Below are positions 1 to 10,887 of a stretch of DNA of 64,000 nucleotides, in pieces. Numbering within the stretch: the stretch's first letter is position 1; each line of letters begins with the position of its first letter. This DNA is from Auanema rhodensis (Eukaryota; Animalia; Nematoda). Location of the stretch: NCBI GenBank assembly GCA_964057225.1, contig OZ059897.1:2232001-2296000 (forward strand). Direction: 5' to 3'. The notes beneath the pieces are model-generated. The model did not search any database. It saw only the letters and a program-made list of their open reading frames with translations, and had not been told where the DNA came from. The translations under genes were made by a program, and so were the position numbers.

Positions 1-191
1 ATGCACCGAGATATCAACTGATATATGTTCACACTTATATCCTCGATTTTCACCCTGAAGAAATGATTTTTTGGTTGAAAAACATTGTCCATCGTCTTCG
101 TCTTGAAAAAAGGAATCTAAAAACATCTACTTTTTGTGAAATTATTTAGAAATTTTTCGGGAAAATATTTGTCAAAATGTTTTTGGAAGCA

Positions 192-219
192 ATGTTGGGT
201 GTACATGGGAACTCAACAT
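192..219. other. Per-monomer inverted repeat ATGTTGAGT-N10-ACTCAACAT (9-bp stem; coordinates for monomer 1, which carries the GGGT variant)
   Basis: ACTCAACAT is the exact reverse complement of ATGTTGAGT; loop GTACATGGGA. Followed by the perfect 10-bp palindrome TAATGCATTA at 224-233. Confidence 0.9.
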
Positions 220-293
220 ACACTAATGCATTATTTTTCAAACGATCATAACTAATTTTTGTATAAAGCGTTTCTTAATGTAGTATAGTGCAT

Positions 294-320
294 TCGATGC
301 GGATTTTTAAGCTGCGTCGA
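294..320. other. Per-monomer GC-rich imperfect inverted repeat TCGATGCGG-ATTTTTAAG-CTGCGTCGA
   Basis: 9-bp stem with 7 Watson-Crick pairs and 2 G-T pairs on the + strand, 9-nt loop. Confidence 0.85.
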
Positions 321-703
321 TCTGTGTTATCAGATTTGAGTTAGCTTAAAAATGCACCGAGATATCAACTGATATATGTTCACACTTATATCCTCGATTT
401 TCACCCTGAAGAAATGATTTTTTCGTTGAAAAAACATTGTCCTTCGTCTTTGCCTTGAAAAAAGGAATCTAAAAACATCTACTTTTTGTGAAATTATTTA
501 GAAATTTTTCGGGAAAATTTTTGTCAAAATGTTTTTGGAAGCAATGTTGAGTGTACATGGGAACTCAACATACACTAATGCATTATTTTTCAAACGATCA
601 TAACTAATTTTTGTAAATAGCGTTTCTCAAGGTAGTATAGTGCATTCGATGCGGATTTTTAAGCTGCGTCGATCTGTGTTATCAGATTTGAGCTAGCTTA
701 AAA

Positions 704-3700
704 ATGCACCAAGATATCAACTGATATATGTTCACACTTATATCCTCGATTTTCACCCTGAAGAAATGATTTTTTGGTTGAAAAACATTGTCCATCGTCT
801 TCGTCTTGAAAAAAGGAATCTAAAAACATCTACTTCTTGTGAAATTATTTAGAAATTTTTCGGGAAAATTTTTGTCAAAATGTTTTTGGAAGCAATGTTG
901 GGTGTACATGGGAACTCAACATACACTAATGCATTATTTTTCAAACGATCATAACTAATTTTTGTATAAAGCGTTTCTTAATGTAGTATAGTGCATTCGA
1001 TGCGAATTTTTAAGCTGCGTCGATCTGTGTTATCAGATTTGAGTTAGCTTAAAAATGCACCGAGATATCAACTGATATATGTTCACACTTATATCCTCGA
1101 TTTTCACCCTGAAGAAATGATTTTTTCGTTGAATAACATTGTCCATCATCTTCGTCTTGAAAAAAGGAATCTAAAAACATCTACTTTTTGTGAAATTATT
1201 TAGAAATTTTTCGGGAAAATTTTTGTCAAAATGTTTTTGGAAGCAATGTTGAGTGTACATGGGAACTCAACATACACTAATGCATTATTTTTCAAACGAT
1301 CATAACTAATTTTTGTAAATAGCTTTTCTCAAGGTAGTATAGTGCATTCGATGCGGATTTTTAAGCTGCGTCGATCTGTGTTATCAGATTTGAGTTAGCT
1401 TAAAAATGCACCGAGATATCAACTGATATATGTTCACACTTATATCCTCGATTTTCACCCTGAAGAAATGATTTTTTCGTTGAAAAACATTGTCCATCGT
1501 CTTCGTCATGAAAAAAGGAATCTAAAAACATCTACTTTTTGTGAAATTATTTAGAAATTTTTCGGGAAAATTTTTGTCAAAATGTTTTTGGAAGCAATGT
1601 TGAGTGTACATGGGAACTCAACATACACTAATGCATTATTTTTCAAACGATAATAACTAATTTTTGTATAGAGCGTTTCTTAATGTAGTAAAGTGCATTC
1701 GATGCGGATTTTTAAGCTGTGTCGATCTGTGTTATCAGATTTGAGTTAGCTTAAAAATGCACCGAGATATCAACTGATATATGTTCACACTTATATCCTC
1801 GATTTTCACCCTGAAGAAATGATTTTTTCGTTGAATAACATTGTCCATCGTCTTCGCCTTGAAAGAAGGAATCTAAAAACATCTACTTTTTGTGAAATTA
1901 TCTAGAAATTTTTCGGGAAAATTTTTGTCAAAATGTTTTTGGAAGCAATGTTGAGTGTACATGGGAACTCAACATACACTAATGCATTATTTTTCAAACG
2001 ATCATAACTTATTTTTGTAAATAGCGTTTCTCAAGGTAGTATAGTGCATTCGATGCGGATTTTTAAGCTGCGTCGATCTGTGTTATCAGATTTGAGCTAG
2101 CTTAAAAATGCACCAAGATATCAACTGATATATGTTCACACTTATATCCTCGATTTTCACCCTGAAGAAATGATTTTTTGGTTGAAAAACATTGTCCATC
2201 GTCTTCGTCTTGAAAAAAGGAATCTAAAAACATCTACTTCTTGTGAAATTATTTAGAAATTTTTCGGGAAAATTTTTGTCAAAATGTTTTTGGAAGCAAT
2301 GTTGGGTGTACATGGGAACTCAACATACACTAATGCATTATTTTTCAAACGATCATAACTTATTTTTGTAAATAGCGTTTCTCAAGGTAGTATAGTGCAT
2401 TCGATGCGGATTTTTAAGCTGCGTCGATCTGTGTTATCAGATTTGAGCTAGCTTAAAAATGCACCAAGATATCAACTGATATATGTTCACACTTATATCC
2501 TCGATTTTCACCCTGAAGAAATGATTTTTTGGTTGAAAAACATTGTCCATCGTCTTCGTCTTGAAAAAAGGAATCTAAAAACATCTACTTCTTGTGAAAT
2601 TATTTAGAAATTTTTCGGGAAAATTTTTGTCAAAATGTTTTTGGAAGCAATGTTGGGTGTACATGGGAACTCAACATACACTAATGCATTATTTTTCAAA
2701 CGATCATAACTAATTTTTGTATAAAGCGTTTCTTAATGTAGTATAGTGCATTCGATGCGAATTTTTAAGCTGCGTCGATCTGTGTTATCAGATTTGAGTT
2801 AGCTTAAAAATGCACCGAGATATCAACTGATATATGGTCACACTTATATCCTCGATTTTCACCCTGAAGAAATGATTTTTTCGTTGAATAACATTGTCCA
2901 TCATCTTCGTCTTGAAAAAAGGAATCTAAAAACATCTACTTTTTGTGAAATTATTTAGAAATTTTTCGGGAAAATTTTTGTCAAAATGTTTTTGGAAGCA
3001 ATGTTGAGTGTACATGGGAACTCAACATACACTAATGCATTATTTTTCAAACGATCATAACTAATTTTTGTAAATAGCTTTTCTCAAGGTAGTATAGTGC
3101 ATTCGATGCGGATTTTTAAGCTGCGTCGATCTGTGTTATCAGATTTGAGTTAGCTTAAAAATGCACCGAGATATCAACTGATATATGTTCACACTTATAT
3201 CCTCGATTTTCACCCTGAAGAAATGATTTTTTCGTTGAAAAACATTGTCCATCGTCTTCGTCATGAAAAAAGGAATCTAAAAACATCTACTTTTTGTGAA
3301 ATTATTTAGAAATTTTTCGGGAAAATTTTTGTCAAAATGTTTTTGGAAGCAATGTTGAGTGTACATGGGAACTCAACATACACTAATGCATTATTTTTCA
3401 AACGATAATAACTAATTTTTGTATAGAGCGTTTCTTAATGTAGTAAAGTGCATTCGATGCGGATTTTTAAGCTGTGTCGATCTGTGTTATCAGATTTGAG
3501 TTAGCTTAAAAATGCACCGAGATATCAACTGATATATGTTCACACTTATATCCTCGATTTTCACCCTGAAGAAATGATTTTTTCGTTGAATAACATTGTC
3601 CATCGTCTTCGCCTTGAAAGAAGGAATCTAAAAACATCTACTTTTTGTGAAATTATCTAGAAATTTTTCGGGAAAATTTTTGTCAAAATGTTTTTGGAAG

Positions 3701-3862
3701 CAATGTTGAGTGTACATGGGAACTCAACATACACTAATGCATTATTTTTCAAACGATCATAACTTATTTTTGTATAGAGCGTTTCTCAATGTAGTATAGT
3801 GCATTCGATGCGGATTTTTAAGCTGCGTCGATCTGTGTTATCAGATTTGAGTTAGCTTAAAA
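704..3862. repeat. Local duplication W-N-H-R, W, W-N-H-R (1755-bp offset)
   Basis: Shared rare markers CACCAAG, CTACTTCTTG, TGCGAATT, TAGCTTTTC and TATCTAG in 704-2107 and 2459-3862. Confidence 0.85.
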
Positions 3863-6800
3863 ATGCACCGAGATATCAACTGATATATGTTCACACTTAT
3901 ATCCTCGATTTTCACCCTGAAGAAATGATTTTTTCGTTGAAAAAACATTGTCCATCGTCTTTGCCTTGAAAAAAGGAATCTAAAAACATCTACTTTTTGT
4001 GAAATTATTTAGAAATTTTTCGGGAAAATTTTTGTCAAAATATTTTTGGAAGCAATGTTGAGTGTACATGGGAACTCAACATACACTAATGCATTATTTT
4101 TCAAACGATCATAACTAATTTTTGTAAATAGCGTTTCTCAAGGTAGTATAGTGCATTCGATGCGGATTTTTAAGCTGCGTCGATCTGTGTTATCAGATTT
4201 GAGCTAGCTTAAAAATGCACCAAGATATCAACTGATATATGTTCACACTTATATCCTCGATTTTCACCCTGAAGAAATGATTTTTTGGTTGAAAAACATT
4301 GTCCATCGTCTTCGTCTTGAAAAAAGGAATCTAAAAACATCTACTTTATGTGAAATTATTTAGAAATTTTTCGGGAAAATTTTTGTCAAAATGTTTTTGG
4401 AAGCAATGTTGGGTGTACATGGGAACTCAACATACACTAATGCATTATTTTTCAAACGATCATAACTAATTTTTGTATAAAGCGTTTCTTAATGTAGTAT
4501 AGTGCATTCGATGCGGATTTTTAAGCTGCGTCGATCTGTGTTATCAGATTTGAGTTAGCTTGAAAATGTACCGAGATATCAACTGATATATGTTCACACT
4601 TATATCCTCGATTTTCACCCTGAAGAATTTATTTTTTCGTTGAATAACATTGTCCATCGTCTTCGCCTTGAAAGAAGGAATCTAAAAACATCTACTTTTT
4701 GTGAAATTATTTAGAAATTTTTCGGGAAAATTTTTGTCAAAATGTTTTTGGAAGCAATGTTGAGTGTACATGGGAACTCAGCATACACTAATGCATTATT
4801 TTTCAAACGATAATAACTAATTTTTGTATAGAGCGTTTCTTAATGTAGTATAGTGCATTCGATGCGGATTTTTAAGCTGCGTCGATCTGTGTTATCCGAT
4901 TTGAGCTAGCTTGAAAATGTACCGAGATATCAACTGATATAGGTTCACACTTATATCCTCGATTTTCACCCTGAAGAAATGATTTTTTCGTTGAAAAACA
5001 TTGTCCATCGTCTTCGTCATGAAAAAAGGAATCTAAAAACATAAATTTTTTGTGAAATTATTCAGAAAATTTTCGGGAAAATTTTTGTCAAAATGTTTTT
5101 GGAAGCAATGTTGAGTGTACATGGGAACTCAACATACACTAATGCATTATTTTTCAAACGATCATAACTAATTTTTGTAAATAGCGTTTCTCAAGGTAGT
5201 ATAGTGCATTCGATGCGGATTTTTAAGCTGCGTCGATCTGTGTTATCAGATTTGAGTTAGCTTAAAAATGCACCGAGATATCAACTGATATATGTTCACA
5301 CTTATATCCTCGATTTTCACCCTGAAGAAATGATTTTTTGGTTGAAAAACATTGTCCATCGTCTTCGTCTTGAAAAAAGGAATCTAAAAACATCTACTTT
5401 TTGTGAAATTATTTAGAAATTTTTCGGGAAAATTTTTGTCAAAATGTTTTTGGAAGCAATGTTGAGTGTACATGGGAACTCAACATACACTAATGCATTA
5501 TTTTTCAAACGATCATAACTAATTTTTGTATAAAGCGTTTCTTAATGTAGTATAGTGCATTCGATGCGGATTTTTAAGCTGCGTCGATCTGTGTTATCAG
5601 ATTTGAGTTAGCTTAAAAATGCACCGAGATATCAACTGATATATGTTCACACTTATATCCTCGATTTTCACCCTGAAGAAATGATTTTTTCGTTGAAAAA
5701 ACATTGTCCATCGTCTTTGCCTTGAAAAAAGGAATCTAAAAACATCTACTTTTTGTGAAATTATTTAGAAATTTTTCGGGAAAATTTTTGTCAAAATGTT
5801 TTTGGAAGCAATGTTGAGTGTACATGGGAACTCAACATACACTAATGCATTATTTTTCAAACGATCATAACTTATTTTTGTATAGAGCGTTTCTCAATGT
5901 AGTATAGTGCATTCGATGCGGATTTTTAAGCTGCGTCGATCTGTGTTATTCCGATTTGAGCTAGCTTGAAAATGTACCGAGATATCAACTGATATAGGTT
6001 CACACTTATATCCTCGATTTTCACCCTGAAGAAATGATTTTTTCGTTGAAAAACATTGTCCATCGTCTTCGTCATGAAAAAAGGAATCTAAAAACATATA
6101 CTTTTTGTGAAATTATTCAGAAAATTTTCGGGAAAATTTTTGTCAAAATGTTTTTGGAAGCAATGTTGAGTGTACATGGGAACTCAGCATACACTAATGC
6201 ATTATTTTTCAAACGATAATAACTAATTTTTGTATAGAGCGTTTCTTAATGTAGTAAAGTGCATTCGATGCGGATTTTTAAGCTGTGTCGATCTGTGTTA
6301 TCAGATTTGAGTTAGCTTAAAAATGCACCGAGATATCAACTGATATATGTTCACACTTATATCCTCGATTTTCACCCTGAAGAAATGATTTTTTCGTTGA
6401 ATAACATTGTCCATCGTCTTTGCCTTGAAAAAAGGAATCTAAAAACATCTACTTTTTGTGAAATTATTCAGAAATTTTTCGGGAAAATTTTTGTCAAAAT
6501 GTTTTTGGAAGCAATGTTGAGTGTACATGGGAACTCAACATACACTAATGCATTATTTTTCAAACGATCATAACTTATTTTTGTATAGAGCGTTTTTCAA
6601 TGTAGTATAGTGCATTCGATGCGGATTTTTAAGCTGCGTCGATCTGTGTTATCAGATTTGAGTTAACTTAAAAATGCACCGAGATATCAACTGATATAGG
6701 TTCACACTTATATCCTCGATTTTCACCCTGAAGAATTTATTTTTTCGTTGAATAACATTGTCCATCGTCTTCGCCTTGAAAGAAGGAATCTAAAAACATC

Positions 6801-8779
6801 TACTTTTTGTGAAATTATTCAGAAATTTTTCGGGAAAATTTTTGTCAAAATGTTTTTGGAAGCAATGTTGAGTGTACATGGGAACTCAACATACACTAAT
6901 GCATTATTTTTCAAACGATCATAACTTATTTTTGTATAGAGCGTTTCTCAAGGTAGTATAGTGCATTCGATGCGGATTTTTAAGCTGCGTCGATCTGTGT
7001 TATCAGATTTGAGTTAACTTAAAAATGCACCGAGATATCAACTGATATATGTTCACACTTATATCCTCGATTTTCACCCTGAAGAAATGATTTTTTCGTT
7101 GAAAAACATTGTCCATCGTCTTCGTCATGAAAAAAGGAATCTAAAGACATATACTTTTTGTGAAATTATTCAGAAAATTTTCGGGAAAATTTTTGTCAAA
7201 ATGTTTTTGGAAGCAATGTTGAGTGTACATGGGAACTCAACATACACTAATGCATTATTTTTCAAACGATCATAACTTATTTTTGTATAGAGCGTTTCTC
7301 AATGTAGTATAGTGCATTCGATGCGGATTTTTAAGCTGCGTTGATCTGTGTTATCAGATTTGAGTTAGCTTAAAAATGCACCGAGATATCAACTGATATA
7401 TGTTCACACTTATATCCTCGATTTTCAAACTGAAGAATTGATTTTTTTGTTGAATAACATTGTTCATCGTCTTCGTCTTGAAAAAAGGAATCTAAAAACA
7501 TCTACTTTTTGTGAAATTATCTAGAAATTTTTCGGGAAAATTTTTGTCAAAATGTTTTTGGAAGCAATGTTGAGTGTACATGGGAACTCAACATACACTA
7601 ATGCATTATTTTTCAAACGATCATAACTATTTTCTGTAAATAGCGTTTCTCAATGTAGTATAGTGCATTCGATGCGGATTTTTAAGCTGCGTTGATCTGT
7701 GTTATCAGATTTGAGTTAACTTAAAAATGCACCGAGATATCAACTGATATATGTTCACACTTATATCCTCGATTTTCAAACTGAAGAATTGATTTTTTTG
7801 TTGAATAACATTGTCCATCGTCTTCGTCTTGAAAAAAGGAATCTAAAAACATCTACTTTTTGTGAAATTATCTAGAAATTTTCCGGGAAAATTTTTGTCA
7901 AAATGTTTTTGGAAGCAATGTTGAGTGTACATGGGAACTCAACATACACTAATGCATTATTTTTCAAACGATCATAACTATTTTCTGTAAATAGCGTTTC
8001 TCAATGTAGTATAGTGCATTCGATGCGGATTTTTAAGCTGCGTTGATCTGTGTTATCAGATTTGAGTTAACTTAAAAATGCACCGAGATATCAACTGATA
8101 TATGTTCACACTTATATCCTCGATTTTCACACTGAAGAAATGATTTTTTGGTTGAAAAACATTGTCCATCGTCTTCGTCTTGAAAAAAGGAATCTAAAAA
8201 CATCTACTTTTTGTGAAATTATTTAGAAATTTTTCGGGAAAATTTTTGTCAAAATGTTTTTGGAAGCAATGTTGAGTGTACATGGGAACTCAGCATACAC
8301 TAATGCATTATTTTTCAAACGATAATAACTAATTTTTGTATAGAGCGTTTCTTAATGTAGTATAGTGCATTCGATGCGGATTTTTAAGTTGCGTTGATCT
8401 GTGTTATCAGATTTGAGTTAGCTTAAAAATGCACCGAGATATCAACTGATATATGTTCACACTTATATCCTCGATTTTCACCCTGAAGAAATGATTTTTT
8501 CGTTGAATAACATTGTCCATCATCTTCGTCTTGAAAAAAGGAATCTAAAAACATCTACTTTTTGTGAAATTATTCAGAAAATTTTCGGGAAAATGTTTGT
8601 CAAAATGTTTTTGGAAGCAATGTTGAGTGTACATGGGAACTCAACATACACTAATGCATTATTTTTCAAACGATCATAACTAATTTTTGTATAAAGCGTT
8701 TTTTAATGTAGTATAGTGCATTCGATGCGGATTTTTAAGCTGCGTCGATCTGTGTTATCAGATTTGAGTTAGCTTAAAA

Positions 8780-10887
8780 ATGCACCGAGATATCAACTGA
8801 TATATGTTCACACTTATATCCTCGATTTTCACCCTGAAGAAATGATTTTTTCGTTGAAAAAACATTGTCCATCGTCTTTGCCTTGAAAAAAGGAATCTAA
8901 AAACATCTACTTTTTGTGAAATTATTTAGAAATTTTTCGGGAAAATTTTTGTCAAAATGTTTTTGGAAGCAATGTTGAGTGTACATGGGAACTCAACATA
9001 CACTAATGCATTATTTTTCAAACGATCATAACTAATTTTTGTAAATAGCGTTTCTCGATGTAGTATAGTGCATTCGATGCGGATTTTTAAGCTGCGTTGA
9101 TCTGTGTTATCAGATTTGAGTTAACTTAAAAATGCACCGAGATATCAACTGATATAGGTTCACACTTATATCCTCGATTTTCACCCTGAAGAAATGATTT
9201 TTTCGTTGAAAAACATTGTCCATCGTCTTTGTCATGAAAAAAGGAATCTAAAAACATCTACTTTTTGTGAAATTATTCAGAAAATTTTCGGGAAAATTTT
9301 TGTCAAAATGTTTTTGGAAGCAATGTTGAGTGTACATGGGAACTCAACATACACTAATGCATTATTTTTCAAACGATAATAACTAATTTTTGTATAGAGC
9401 GTTTCTTAATGTAGTATAGTGCATTCGATGCGGATTTTTAAGTTGCGTTGATCTGTGTTATCAGATTTGAGTTAGCTTAAAAATGCACCGAGATATCAAC
9501 TGATATATGTTCACACTTATATCCTCGATTTTCACCCTGAAGAATTTATTTTTTCGTTGAATAACATTGTCCATCGTCTTCGCCTTTAAAGAAGGAATCT
9601 AAAAACATCTACTTTTTGTGAAATTATTTAGAAATTTTTCGGGAAAATTTTTGTCAAAATGTTTTTGGAAGCAATGTTGGGTGTACATGGGAACTCAACA
9701 TACACTAATGCATTATTTTTCAAACGATCATAACTTATTTTTGTATAGAGCGTTTCTCAATGTAGTATAGTGCATTCGATGCGGATTTTTAAGCTGCCTC
9801 GATCTGTGTTATCCGATTTGAGCTAGCTTGAAAATGTACCGAGATATCAACTGATATATATTCACACTTATATCCTCGATTTTCACCCTGAAGAAATGAT
9901 TTTTTCGTTGAAAAAACATTGTCCATCGTCTTTGCCTTGAAAAAAGGAATCTAAAAACATCTACTTTTTGTGAAATTATTTAGAAATTTTTCGGGAAAAT
10001 TTTTGTCAAAATGTTTTTGGAAGCAATGTTGGGTGTACATGGGAACTCAACATACACTAATGCATTATTTTTCAAACGATCATAACTAATTTTTGTATAA
10101 AGCGTTTTTTAATGTAGTATAAAGCATTCGATGCGGATTTTTAAGCTGCGTCGATCTGTGTTATCAGATTTGAGTTAGCTTAAAAATGCACCGAGATATC
10201 AACTGATATATGTTCACACTTATATCCTCGATTTTCACCCTGAAGAAATGATTTTTTCGTTGAAAAACATTGTCCATCGTCTTTGTCATGAAAAAAGGAA
10301 TCTAAAAACATCTACTTTTTGTGAAATTATTCAGAAAATTTTCGGGAAAATTTTTGTCAAAATGTTTTTGGAAGCAATGTTGAGTGTACATGGGAACTCA
10401 ACATACACTAATGCATTATTTTTCAAACGATAATAACTAATTTTTGTATAGAGCGGTTCTTAATGTAGTATAGTGCATTCGATGCGGATTTTTAAGTTGC
10501 GTTGATCTGTGTTATCAGATTTGAGTTAGCTTAAAAATGCACCGAGATATCAACTGATATATGTTCACACTTATATCCTCGATTTTCACCCTGAAGAATT
10601 TATTTTTTCGTTGAATAACATTGTCCATCGTCTTCGCCTTTAAAGAAGGAATCTAAAAACATCTACTTTTTGTGAAATTATTCAGAAATTTTTCGGGAAA
10701 ATTTTTGTCAAAATGTTTTTGGAAGCAATGTTGAGTGTACATGGGAACTCAACATACACTAATGCATTATTTTTCAAACGATCATAACTATTTTCTGTAA
10801 ATAGCGTTTCTCAATGTAGTATAGTGCATTCGATGCGGATTTTTAAGCTGCGTTGATCTGTGTTATCAGATTTGAGTTAACTTAAAA
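8780..10887. repeat. 3-mer higher-order duplication (L-H-R)x2, 1054 bp
   Basis: Private CGCCTTTAAAG in the R monomers at 9483 and 10537; identical ORFs at 9194 and 10248. Confidence 0.8.

Larger units (their letters stand above)
1..351. repeat. Reference monomer (W class; the start phase is arbitrary)
   Basis: First complete unit; next unit begins at 352. 111/351 G+C by hand count; about 14 A or T tracts of 4 nt or more. Confidence 0.97.

Noticed and set aside
143-162. CENP-B box near TTTTCGGG
   Set aside because: Does not fit the NTTCGNNNNANNCGGGN spacing; only CGGG matches.
1-351. Tandem 5S rRNA, tRNA, snRNA or spliced-leader gene unit
   Set aside because: No recognisable 5S, tRNA cloverleaf, snRNA or spliced-leader sequence. 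An Infernal/Rfam scan would be the formal test.
1-351. Assignment to a named ~350-360 bp satellite (Drosophila 1.688/359-bp, tenebrionid beetle or cucurbit satellites)
   Set aside because: Only the length and AT-richness are similar; I do not recognise the sequence, so a database search is needed.
1-351. Direct dimer of two ~175-bp submonomers
   Set aside because: No convincing direct similarity between the halves by eye.
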